Below, piece after piece: positions 16,140-27,900 of a stretch of 32,000 nucleotides of DNA. Made by a program: the position numbers and the translations under genes. The stretch is from positions 2,400,001-2,432,000 of the forward strand of contig OZ245049.1 of the NCBI GenBank assembly GCA_965224465.1. Direction: 5' to 3'. Source of the DNA: Flavobacteriaceae bacterium (GTDB lineage Bacteria; Bacteroidota; Bacteroidia; Flavobacteriales; Flavobacteriaceae). Within the stretch, counting starts at the first letter, position 1; every line of letters starts with the position of its first letter. The notes under the pieces were generated by a model. It was not told the origin of the DNA and ran no database searches. It saw only the letters and a list, made by a program, of their open reading frames with translations.

Positions 16140-17696
16140 TTATTTAACCACTATAAATTCTGTTCTTCTGTTTAACTGATGCGCTTTTTTAGTACAAGGC
16201 ACCCCGTTAGCACAGTTATTATTTAATTTTGTTTCACCATATCCACGCCCTGAAATACGACTTGCATCTATTCCTTTAGAAATGATGTACGCTACGGTAG
16301 CATCGGCTCTTTTTGCAGATAGCTTTAAGTTATAATCGTCATTCCCTCTAGCATCGGTATGCGATCCTGATTCGACCACAATTGTTGGATGTGCTTCCAT
16401 AACTGCAACTACTTTATCCAATTCAATGGCAGCATCTAGTCTTACATCATATTTATCAAAATCAAAATAAATAGGATTTATATCAATTACAACTGGCTTC
16501 TCAATAACTATTTTATCTAAGAGAATTACTACATTTAACACTTCCTCATTTATCCCTGTATTTCTAATAGAAGCAGTTCCATTTATATATCCATCATTCG
16601 TAGCTATTAGTTGATAACGCTGATTACAATCAATACTATTGCTAAATGTTATTTTCTCTTCTAAATTAATTCGTGAAACAAGAACATCTTTATCTGTTAA
16701 TAAGGTAACAAGTGCATTTATTAACAAGTCACCCGTTTCTGCATCTTTTACAGTAACGTCTAACATTTTCTTACAAATAAAACGCGTAGGATTTGAGCTT
16801 GAAAAATAATAAATATCGTCATCTCCCTTCCCTTCTTCTCTATTGGAAGAAAAATAACCCGCTGTATAGTCTGCATTTACAATCAACGCAAAATCATCTG
16901 CTGTTGTATTGATAGGCGCTTGTAAATGTTCTGGTTTCAATATAAAAGTTGGATATATTTTTGTTACATATAGATCCAATCCTCCAAAATTATTTTCATG
17001 ACCTTCTGAAGCAAAATAAAGTTCGTTTCCTTTTACAAATGGAAACATTTCCTTTTCTACAGTATTCACCATGCTCCCTAAGTTTTCGGGGGTTCCATAG
17101 CGATCATTTCCCAATATTGCAACTTTAAAAATATCGGTCTTACCGATAGACCCAGGCATATCAGATACAAAAAACAAGGTTTTCTCATCCTCACTCAACG
17201 ATGGATGTCCAACAGAATAAGCATCATTATTAAACGGAAGTTCTTTAATGTTTTTCCACTTTCTATTTTCAACAGAGGCGCTGTATAGTTTTAGATTATT
17301 CATTCCTAAACTATCTTTACCGTAATGTCCATTGGTATAATTACTACGGGTAAAATATACTTTCTTACCATCTTTACTAAACATCGCGTCCGCCTCATGA
17401 TACCGAGAATTCACCTGTTTAGAAAAACGAGTTGCATTTACAAACCCACCATCGGCTTTAATATCTGCAATAAATAAATCTAAAAACGGCTGTGTATTCG
17501 GGCTCCAAAAACGTTGAATCAACGAAACTTTTTTCCTTGCTGATGCGTATACAATCTGCTTATCACCATAATAAGAAGCTCCAAAATCAGAATTCTTAGT
17601 GTTTTCGTTGATATTCTTTACAGTAATATCGTACTTATTTTGACCCACCGATATAAAAAAGGTGCATAAAAATGCTATAAAAAAATAATATTTCAT
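16140..17696 (-). CDS. PorE-like OmpA-family protein, paralog of 1071-2630
   Basis: 518-aa ORF, colinear with the first copy over its full length and roughly three quarters identical by eye. It has the same PD40-like blades, CRD-like stretch (MLDVTVKDAETGDLLINALVTLL) and OmpA_C signature (SGSHTDARGNDDYNLKLSAKRADATVAYIISKGIDASRISGRGYGE...NRRTEF). Confidence 0.85.
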   Translation of the reverse strand: MKYYFFIAFLCTFFISVGQNKYDITVKNINENTKNSDFGASYYGDKQIVYASARKKVSLIQRFWSPNTQPFLDLFIADIKADGGFVNATRFSKQVNSRYHEADAMFSKDGKKVYFTRSNYTNGHYGKDSLGMNNLKLYSASVENRKWKNIKELPFNNDAYSVGHPSLSEDEKTLFFVSDMPGSIGKTDIFKVAILGNDRYGTPENLGSMVNTVEKEMFPFVKGNELYFASEGHENNFGGLDLYVTKIYPTFILKPEHLQAPINTTADDFALIVNADYTAGYFSSNREEGKGDDDIYYFSSSNPTRFICKKMLDVTVKDAETGDLLINALVTLLTDKDVLVSRINLEEKITFSNSIDCNQRYQLIATNDGYINGTASIRNTGINEEVLNVVILLDKIVIEKPVVIDINPIYFDFDKYDVRLDAAIELDKVVAVMEAHPTIVVESGSHTDARGNDDYNLKLSAKRADATVAYIISKGIDASRISGRGYGETKLNNNCANGVPCTKKAHQLNRRTEFIVVK

Positions 17697-17714
17697 TTTA
17701 ACTGTTTTTTTAAA

Positions 17715-18620
17715 TTAGAAAAATCTAGGTGATTTACCGCTTCTATGATCTCTAACATCGTAGAGTAAAAACACTTCGTGAGATCCAGAATTATAGTCGC
17801 CCATATTAGAAGTTGTATAATCAAAGGCGTAGCCTAAGCGCATGTTTGAACTTATACTAAAAGCGGCTAACAGCCCTATAGAATCGTCCAAACGATAGCT
17901 TATTCCAAACTCAACTTTCTCACTCATTAATACATTTGCAGACACATCAATAGAAAGCGGTGCACCTGAAACAGCTTTCAATAATACCGATGGTTTTAAT
18001 TTTAAATTATCTGATATATCAAAGACATACCCACTGGTAATAAAATAATGCATTCGCTCACTACCCGTACTGAACTCTCCTTTATCAGTATCTATATACT
18101 TTGTTTTTAATAAATTTGGAATTGCAATTCCCAAGTAAAATTTCTCTGTATAATAAAACGTACCAAAACCAAAATTTGGACTTGTTTGATCAACAGGAAT
18201 ATTTAATTCGTCTCCCTTTTCTAAATAATCTAACATTCGGATATTTAAAAAACTCACTCCCGCTTTTAAACCAAACGCCAATGTTTTCTCTTGATCCAGT
18301 TGTAGGCTATATGAAAAATCAGCAAACAAATTTTGTTCTTTTGCTGGTCCTATTTCGTCTACAATTACGGAGAATCCAACGCCTACATTTTTTGAAAGCG
18401 GTGCATTCATAGAAGCTGTAATAGTTCTTGGAGCACCTTTTACACCAACCCATTGTGAACGTCCTAACAAACCAAGACTCAAAGTCCCTTTAGAACCCGC
18501 ATAGGCAGGATTAATTACATTCATATTAAATGTATACTGAGTATACTGTGGATCTTGCTGTCCAAAAGTCACCTGACTCACTAACAATACAATACTGCAT
18601 AATATTTTAATATTTTTCAT
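17715..18620 (-). CDS. PorP/SprF-family type IX secretion system membrane protein, paralog of 2666-3571
   Basis: 301-aa ORF, the same length as the first copy. Residues 15-64 match the paralog exactly apart from this region's boundaries (SQVTFGQQDPQYTQYTFNMNVINPAYAGSKGTLSLGLLGRSQWVGVKGAP). It ends GKSPRFF and starts 13 nt downstream of the adhesin 2 stop. Confidence 0.9.
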   Translation of the reverse strand: MKNIKILCSIVLLVSQVTFGQQDPQYTQYTFNMNVINPAYAGSKGTLSLGLLGRSQWVGVKGAPRTITASMNAPLSKNVGVGFSVIVDEIGPAKEQNLFADFSYSLQLDQEKTLAFGLKAGVSFLNIRMLDYLEKGDELNIPVDQTSPNFGFGTFYYTEKFYLGIAIPNLLKTKYIDTDKGEFSTGSERMHYFITSGYVFDISDNLKLKPSVLLKAVSGAPLSIDVSANVLMSEKVEFGISYRLDDSIGLLAAFSISSNMRLGYAFDYTTSNMGDYNSGSHEVFLLYDVRDHRSGKSPRFF

Positions 18621-18633
18621 GATACCTTTTATC

Positions 18634-18936
18634 TTATTTTATTAAATAAACCCAGCTTTGTAAAGGGGATGTTTTTTGATCGTTAAAGCGAATAATATAG
18701 AAGTACGTTCCTGTTGGCAGAAGCTTATTATCATTAAACGTAAGCCTCGCAGAAGATTTCCCATTCCACCAAGATGGAATTTCTTGAGCATTTCCGTTAT
18801 GCGAATATGTATACACGACATTCCCCCAGCGATTAAAAATTTCCATACTAAATTTTGGATACTTTTCTGCCAATCCTTTTATCACAAACAAATCATTATG
18901 ACCATCTCCATTTGGAGAAAATGCATTTGGAGTAAC
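18634..18936 (-). other. T9SS type-B C-terminal sorting domain of adhesin 2
   Basis: VTPNAFSPNGDGHNDLFVIKGLAEKYPKFSMEIFNRWGNVVYTY...WWNGKSSARL...LPTGTYFYIIRFND...SWVYLIK. This is the same pattern as the adhesin 1 CTD. Confidence 0.88.
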
Positions 18937-21900
18937 AATATCCTTTATCTCTACAGTAATAGATACCGTTCCTGTAACACAGTCTCCAGAGCCATCACAA
19001 ATTTCATATTTAAAGGTGTCCACACCTACAAATGTAGGATTTGGAATATAAGTAATTGTTCCATCAGCATTCAAAACAACAGTTCCATTGGCTGGACTTG
19101 TAGCTCCCTGAAGAACTATAACATCTCCGTCCAAATCAAAATCATTATCCAAAACATCGATCACAATTTCAAGTTCTCCATCCTTTATTACTTGTGCATC
19201 GTCCACTGCAACTGGCGGATCGTTTACTGGCAAAACCGTAATTGTAATTCGACCTAATTCTTCTTTAGTAGTTCCATCAACATTTGCAATCGTTACCGTA
19301 TAAAAGACGACATCTTCTCCATTAAAATTTGCATCAGGCGTATAAATAACAATCCCATCCAATGTTAAAGTTACAGTTCCATTTTCCGAACTTAAAACCC
19401 CAATTACAGTAACAGCTCCTGTAAACAAATCATTCTCTAATACCTTAATTTCAATCGTTTCATCCTCTTTGACTTCAACAATATCCTCTACTGTATCAAT
19501 GTGGTCTAGTACAACAATCGTAACTGTCGCTGTTTTACACACAGCAGACGCACCATTACTACACACCTTATATTCATAACTATCTACTCCGTTAAAATCG
19601 GCATTCGGCACATAGGTAACTTTTCCAGTTTCAACATCCACTGAAACAATACCGTTCGCTGGATCTTTTGAAATTATAAGCGTTGCTTTATCTATAATAA
19701 AGAACGGATCAGTATCATTTAAAAGCACACTTGTAATCACAGAAGCATCTTCTTCTATATTCTCATTATCATCTTTTAGCTCAAATGAATTAATTGTAAT
19801 TGTTACTGTAGCTGTATCACATTTTGCTGGAAGTGGATTCCCTGTGTCACAAACCGAATATTCAAAAGTATCACCTTCAAAATCTCCTACTCCTGGAGTA
19901 TACGTTATTTCTCCAGTAATTGCATGTACCACCACCGAACCATGGACTGGTTGTTTTACGATTGTTACTGAACCTGGGTCAATTCCTCCCAACAAATCGT
20001 TTGGATCTTTGTCATTATCAATTACAGATATCACTATAGATTCTCCTTCTTGAACTTCTACCAGATCATCTTTCGCAACCGGTGCATCGTTTACAGGGCT
20101 TACAGTAACTACTACCGTAGCTGTATTACCATCAACATTGGTATACGTAAATGTATCCTCTCCATTGAAATTTAGATTTGGTGTGTATTTCACCGTACCA
20201 TCTGTGTTGATTTCTGTAATTCCATTTACGGGTTGCGTAATGGTACTTACCTGTGAATTTGCACTATCAACATCTGTATCGTTCGTTATTACATCAATAT
20301 CTACAGAAGCATCTTCATCAACTTTAGCTATATCATCTTTTGCAATTGTTTTGTCTTCTATTGCTATAACTGTAATTGAAACTGTTGCCGTGTTTGATAC
20401 CAATCCGTTGTTGTCCTTTATGGTATAAGTAAAACTATCTGGACCTGAGTAATTAGCCGTTGGGCTATAGGTAACTTTTCCTGTGGTAGCATTTACACTT
20501 ACGGTTCCGTTTGTAGGAATTGTTGTGATAACAACTGTTGTTGGGTCGATGGTTCCATCAATATCCGTATCGCCTACTTTTACATCAACGACCAAATCTA
20601 TATCTTCATTGGTTGTTTCGGTTTCATTATCTGCTACAGGTGCATCGTTCACTGCATTTACAGTGATTGAAACTGTTGCTATGTTTGATACCAATCCGTT
20701 ATTGTCCTTTATAGTATAAGTAAAACTATCTGGACCTGAGTAATTAGCCGTTGGGCTATAGGTAACTTTTCCTGTAGTAGCATTTACACTTACGGTTCCG
20801 TTTGTAGGAATTGTTGTGATAACAACTGTTGTTGGGTCGATGGTTCCATCAATATCCGTATCGCCTACTTTTACATCAACAACCAAATCTGTATCTTCAT
20901 TGGTTGTTTCGGTTTCATTATCTGCTACAGGTGCATCGTTCACTGCATTTACAGTAATTGAAACTGTTGCCGTGTTTGACACCAATCCGTTATTGTCCTT
21001 TATAGTATAAGTAAAACTATCTGGACCTATATAATTAGCCATTGGGCTATAGGTAACTTTTCCTGTGCTAGCATTTACACGTACCGTTCCTTTTGTTGGA
21101 GATGTTATGATAACAACTGTTGTTGGGTCGATGGTGCCATCAACATCCGTATCTCCTACTTTTACATCAATGACCAAATCTGTATCTTCAGTGGCTGTTT
21201 CTGTTTCATTATCTGCAACTGGTGCATCATTCACTGGGGTAACAGTAATTGTTGTCTTCCCTGTAACTGTTGAATTCCCATCAGTCACCGTGTATTTAAA
21301 CTCTCCTACAGCAGTTCCTGCAGTATATTCTGAGGGTGCATCGTATTGTAAACTTGTCAATTGAGCAATGGTTAAACTCGCACCATTTGCGACCGCTGAT
21401 CCATCTGATAAAGTAACCGTTCCTAAGCTAGGCAAACCACTTACTTTTATCGTTAATGTACCAACCGCTGTATCAACATCCGTAGGAGCTGTTAATCCTA
21501 AACCTGTATTTGTACTTTCCTCCAGAACTGTAATGCTTGAACTATCAACTACAGGAGCATCGTTCACTGGGGTAACAACAATTGTTGTCTTCCCTGTAAC
21601 TGTTGAATCCCCATCTGTAACAGTGTACGTAAACTCTCCTACAGCAGTTCCTGCAGTATATTCTGAGGGTGCATCGTATTGTAAACTTGTCAATTGAGCA
21701 ATGGTTAAACTCGCACCACTTGCGACCGCTGTTCCATCTGATAAAGTAACCGTTCCTAAGCTAGGCAAACCACTTACTTTTATCGTTAATGTACCTACCG
21801 CTGTATCAACATCCGTAGGAGCTGTTAATCCTAAACCTGTATTTGTACTTTCCTCCAGAACTGTAATGCTTGAACTATCAACTACAGGAGCATCGTTCAC

Positions 21901-24900
21901 TGGGGTAACAACAATTGTTGTCTTCCCTGTAACTGTTGAATTCCCATCAGTCACCGTGTATTTAAACTCTCCTACAGCAGTTCCTGCAGTATATTCTGAG
22001 GGTGCATCGTATTGTAAACTTGTCAATTGAGCAATGGTTAAACTCGCACCATTTGCGACCGCTGATCCATCTGATAAAGTAACCGTTCCTAAGATAGGCA
22101 AACCACTTACTTTTATCGTTAATGTACCAACCGCTGTATCAACATCTGTAGGGGCTGTTAATCCTAAACCTGTATTTGTACTTTCCTCCAGAACTGTAAT
22201 ACTTGAACTATCAACTACAGGAGCATCGTTCACTGGGGTAACAACAATTGTTGTCTTCCCTGTAACTGTTGAATCCCCATCAGTCACCGTGTATTTAAAC
22301 TCTCCTACAGCAGTTCCTGCAGTATATTCTGAGGGTGCATCGTATTGTAAACTTGTCAATTGAGCAATGGTTAAACTCGCACCATTTGCGACCGCTGATC
22401 CATCTGATAAAGTAACCGTTCCTAAGATAGGCAAACCACTTACTTTTATCGTTAATGTACCAACCGCTGTATCAACATCTGTAGGGGCTGTTAATCCTAA
22501 ACCTGTATTTGTACTTTCCTCCAGAACTGTAATACTTGAACTATCAACTACAGGAGCATCGTTCACTGGGGTAACAACAATTGTTGTCTTCCCTGTAACT
22601 GTTGAATCCCCATCAGTCACCGTGTATTTAAACTCTCCTACAGCAGTTCCTGCAGTATATTCTGAGGGTGCATCGTATTGTAAACTTGTCAATTGAGCAA
22701 TGGTTAAACTCGCACCACTTGCGACCGCTGTTCCATCTGATAAAGTAACCGTTCCTAAGCTAGGCAAACCACTTACTTTTATCGTTAATGTACCAACCGC
22801 TGTATCAACATCCGTAGGAGCTGTTAATCCTAAACCTGTATTTGTACTCTCCTCCAGAACTGTAATGCTTGAACTATCAACTACAGGAGCATCGTTCACT
22901 GGGGTAACAACAATTGTTGTCTTCCCTGTAACTGTTGAATCCCCATCAGTCACCGTGTATTTAAACTCTCCTACAGCAGTTCCTGCAGTATATTCTGAGG
23001 GTGCATCGTATTGTAAACTTGTCAATTGAGCAATGGTTAAACTCGCACCATTTGCGACCGCTGTTCCATCTGATAAAGTAACCGTTCCTAAGCTAGGCAA
23101 ACCACTTACTTTTATCGTTAATGTACCAACCGCTGTATCTACATCCGTAGGAGCTGTTAATCCTAAACCTGTATTTGTACTTTCCTCCAGAACTGTAATG
23201 CTTGAACTATCAACTACAGGAGCATCGTTCACTGGGGTAACAACAATTGTTGTCTTCCCTGTAACTGTTGAATTCCCATCAGTCACCGTGTATTTAAACT
23301 CTCCTACAGCAGTTCCTGCAGTATATTCTGAGGGCGCATCGTATTGTAAACTTGTCAATTGAGCAATGGTTAAACTCGCACCACTTGCGACCGCTGTTCC
23401 ATCTGATAAAGTAACCGTTCCTAAGCTAGGCAAACCACTTACTTTTATCGTTAATGTACCTACCGCTGTATCAACATCCGTAGGAGCTGTTAATCCTAAA
23501 CCTGTATTTGTACTTTCCTCCAGAACTGTAATGCTTGAACTATCAACTACAGGAGCATCGTTCACTGGGGTAACAACAATTGTTGTCTTCCCTGTAACTG
23601 TTGAATTCCCATCAGTCACCGTGTATTTAAACTCTCCTACAGCAGTTCCTGCAGTATATTCTGAGGGCGCATCGTATTGTAAACTTGTCAATTGAGCAAT
23701 GGTTAAACTCGCACCATTTGCGACCGCTGATCCATCTGATAAAGTAACCGTTCCTAAGCTAGGCAAACCACTTACTTTTATCGTTAATGTACCAACCGCT
23801 GTATCAACATCCGTAGGAGCTGTTAATCCTAAACCTGTATTTGTACTTTCCTCCAGAACTGTAATGCTTGAACTACCAACTACAGGAGCATCGTTCACTG
23901 CGGTAACAACAATTGTTGTCTTCCCTGTAACTGTTGAATCCCCATCATTCACCGTGTATTTAAACTCTCCTACAGCAGTTCCTGCAGTATATTCTGAGGG
24001 TGCATCGTATTGTAAACTTGTCAATTGAGCAATGGTTAAACTCGCACCACTTGCGACCGCTGTTCCATCTGATAAAGTAACCGTTCCTAAGCTAGGCAAA
24101 CCACTTACTTTTATCGTTAATGTACCAACCGCTGTATCAACATCCGTAGGAGCTGTTAATCCTAAACCTGTATTTGTACTTTCCTCCAGAACTGTAATGC
24201 TTGAACTATCAACTACAGGTGCATCGTTCACTGGGGTAACAACAATTGTTGTCTTCCCTGTAACTGTTGAATTCCCATCTGTAACAGTGTACGTAAACTC
24301 TCCTACAGCAGTTCCTGCAGTATATTCTGAGGGTGCATCGTATTGTAAACTTGTCAATTGAGCAATGGTTAAACTCGCACCACTTGCGACCGCTGTTCCA
24401 TCTGATAAAGTAACCGTTCCTAAGCTAGGTAAACCACTTACTTTTATCGTTAATGTACCTACCGCTGTATCAACATCCGTAGGAGCTGTTAATCCTAAAC
24501 CTGTATTTGTACTTTCCTCAAAAACTGTAATGCTTGAATTGTCTGCTACTGGTGCATCGTTCACTGGGGTAACAACAATTGTTGTCTTCCCTGTAACTGT
24601 TGAATCCCCATCATTCACGGTATATTTAAACTCTCCTACAGCAGTTCCTGCAGTATATTCTGAGGGTGCATCGTATTGTAAACTTGTCAATTGAGCAATG
24701 GTTAAACTCGCACCATTTGCGACCGCTGATCCATCTGATAAAGTAACCGTTCCTAAGCTAGGCAAACCACTTACTTTTATCGTTAATGTACCAACCGCTG
24801 TATCAACATCCGTAGGAGCTGTTAATCCTAAACCTGTATTTATACTTTCCTCAAGAACTGTAATGCTTGAATTGTCTGCTACTGGTGCATCGTTCACTGG

Positions 24901-27900
24901 GGTAACAACAATTGTTGTCTTCCCTGTAACTGTTGAATTCCCATCTGTAACAGTGTACGTAAACTCTCCTACAGCAGTTCCTGCAGTATATTCTGAGGGT
25001 GCATCGTATTGTAAACTTGTCAATTGAGCAATGGTTAAACTCGCACCACTTGCGACCGCTGTTCCATCTGATAAAGTAACCGTTCCTAAGCTAGGCAAAC
25101 CACTTACTTTTATCGTTAATGTACCAACCGCTGTATCAACATCCGTAGGAGCTGTTAATCCTAAACCTGTATTTGTACTTTCTTCCAGAACTGTAATGCT
25201 TGAATTGTCTGCTACTGGTGCATCGTTCACTGGAGTAACAACAATTGTTGTCTTCCCTGTAACTGTTGAATTCCCATCATTCACGGTATATTTAAACTCT
25301 CCTACAGCAGTTCCTGCAGTATATTCTGAGGGTGCATCGTATTGTAAACTTGTCAATTGAGCAATGGTTAAACTCGCACCATTTGCGACCGCTGATCCAT
25401 CTGATAAAGTAACCGTTCCTAAGCTAGGCAAACCACTTACTTTTATCGTTAATGTACCGACCGCTGTATCAACATCCGTAGGAGCTGTTAATCCTAAACC
25501 TGTATTTGTACTTTCCTCCAGAACTGTAATGCTTGAACTGTCTGCAACTGGCGGATCGTTCACTATGGTAACAACAATTGTTGTTCTCCCTATAACAGTG
25601 GTAGTCCCGTCATAAACTCTGTAAACAAAATCTCCAACAACACCCCCTGTGTAGACTGAGGGCGCATCGTATTGTAAACTTGTCAATTGGGCAATGCTTA
25701 AACTAGCACCATTTGCGACCGTTGTTCCATCTGATAAAGTAACGGTTCCTAAGCTAGGCAAACCACTTACTTTTATAGTTAATGTACCAACCGCTGTATC
25801 AATATCCGTGGGTGCTGATAACCCTAAACTTGTATCATTGCTATCTTCTTCAACTGTAATACTTGAACTGTCTGCTACTGGTGCATCGTTCACTGCGGTC
25901 ACAACAATTGTTGTCTTCCCTGTAACTGTCGAAGTCCCATCAGTCACTGTGTATTTAAACTCTCCTACAGCAGTTCCTGCAGTATATTCTGAGGGAGCAT
26001 CGTATTGTAAACTTGTCAATTGAGCAATGGTTAAACTAGCACCATTTGCAACCGCTGATCCATCTGATAAAGTAACCGTTCCTAAGATAGGCAAGCCACT
26101 TACTTTTATCGTTAATGTACCAACCGCTGTATCTACATCTGTAGGGGCTGTTAATCCTAAATTTGTATTTGTACTTTCCTCCAGAACTATAATGCTCGAA
26201 TTATCTGCTACTGGCGCATCGTTCACTGGGGTAACAACAATTGTTGTCTTCCCTGTAACTGTCGAAGTCCCATCATTCACCGTGTACTTAAACTCTCCTA
26301 CAGCAGTTCCTGCAGTATATTCTGAGGGAGCATCGTATTGTAAACTTGTCAATTGAGCAATGGTTAAACTCGCACCATTTGCGACCGCTGATCCATCTGA
26401 TAAAGTAACCGTTCCTAAGATAGGCAAGCCACTTACTTTTATAGTTAATGTACCAACCGCTGTATCTACATCTGTAGGAGCTGTTAATCCTAAACCTGTA
26501 TTTGTACTTTCTTCCAGAACTGTAATGCTTGAATTGTCTGCTACTGGTGCATCGTTCACTGCGGTCACAACAATTGTTGTCTTCCCTGTAACTGTCGAAG
26601 TCCCATCAGTCACTGTGTATTTAAACTCTCCTACAGCAGTTCCTGCAGTATATTCTGAGGGAGCATCGTATTGTAAACTTGTCAATTGAGCAATGGTTAA
26701 AATAGCACCATTTACAACCGCTGATCCATCTGATAAAGTAACTGTCCCTAAGCTAGGCAAACCACTTACTTTTATCGTTAATGTACCAACCGCTGTATCA
26801 ATATCCGTGGGTGCTGATAACCCTAAACTTGTATCATTGCTATCTTCTTCAACTGTAATACTTGAACTGTCAACTGCAGGAGGATCATTCACTGCGGTTA
26901 CATTAATTGTTACTGTTGCTGTATCTTCCAATACTCCATCAGAAATTGTATAATCAAACGTCGCTGTATTTCCAACATAATTGGATGCGGGAGTAAAAGT
27001 AACAATTTGACCTACTAATTCAACCGTTCCGTTTACTGGATTAGAGACTCCTGTTATTGTTAAAGCATTTCCATCTGGATCTGTATCATTTGGAGTAACT
27101 ATATCTACAATACCTAAATCGATTGGTGTATCTTCTGCTGTAGTTGCAGTGTCAGAAACTGCTATTGGAGCATCGTTTACTGGGGCTACAGTGATATTTT
27201 GACTTGCTATAGCAGCCCCACCATTGCCATCATTAATTGTATAGGAAAAACTAACAAAACCATTATAATTACTCAATGGTTCAAAGGTTATTACCCCTAA
27301 AACTGTGATTTTCACCGTTCCATTAGGTACAGAAATAGTTTGAACTGACCCTGGAATCAAGGTGATCCCATTAATTTCTGTAATACTAAGAGTATTTCCG
27401 TCTAGATCACTATCTCCTGTTAAAGGCAATAATTCAACACTTCCATCTTCATCTACATTATAAGAATCATCTACTGCTACTGGAACGTTATTCGCACCTA
27501 CTTTTGTAACAACTGTAAAATACTGTCCGTTTGTTAAGGTTACATTTGCAAATGAAACTTTTCCATTTACATAACTTGTGGCATCACTATAGGTAACTCC
27601 CGAATTAAAATCACCATCATTATCAACTGCCAAAAACAAATTCCCAACATTTAATACACTAGATGCAGTTGAAGCATTTAAATCAACTTGTAAATTAATA
27701 ACATTACTAAAATTAGCTGTTTTTTGTACTTTCCATTCTCTTCCTAATCTATCTTGAACAACAGCCTCTTTCTCTGTGCTTACAAAATTTTCCGTCCCAT
27801 GATTATTAGCCCACATTAAGAAACTCTTATCACTTGTAATAGAAATTCTAGACAAATGAGTGTTTGACAATTCAAAATCGGCTGAAGTAGCCATGGTCAC

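Noticed and set aside
19844-21364. Plus-strand ORFs of 64-99 aa (19844-20053, 20138-20428, 20483-20719, 20816-21010, 21065-21364). Similar cases are 18676-19257, 18101-18412, 29604-29843, 4106-4315, 12888-13142, 1107-1301 and 14977-15177.
   Set aside because: All are fully embedded antisense within much longer, well-supported minus-strand genes. Their compositions are typical of antisense translation, so I treat them as spurious.
4739-26892. Both adhesins have exactly 17 copies of their main repeat (17 x 285 bp and 17 x 333 bp).
   Set aside because: The unit lengths differ, so total rod length is not equalised, and I know of no mechanism that would couple the copy numbers. Given the assembly uncertainty in perfect repeats, this is most likely coincidence.
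21368-26953. A series of seventeen ~109-aa plus-strand ORFs, each with an ATG and phased exactly to the 333-bp repeat.
   Set aside because: They lie antisense to an uninterrupted 11.6-kb minus-strand ORF with clear domain content. The antisense frame stays open simply because the Thr/Val/Ala/Ser/Gly-rich sense codons rarely create reverse-strand stops (one TGA per unit). The periodicity only reflects the repeat, and the translated products are low-complexity with no recognisable features.
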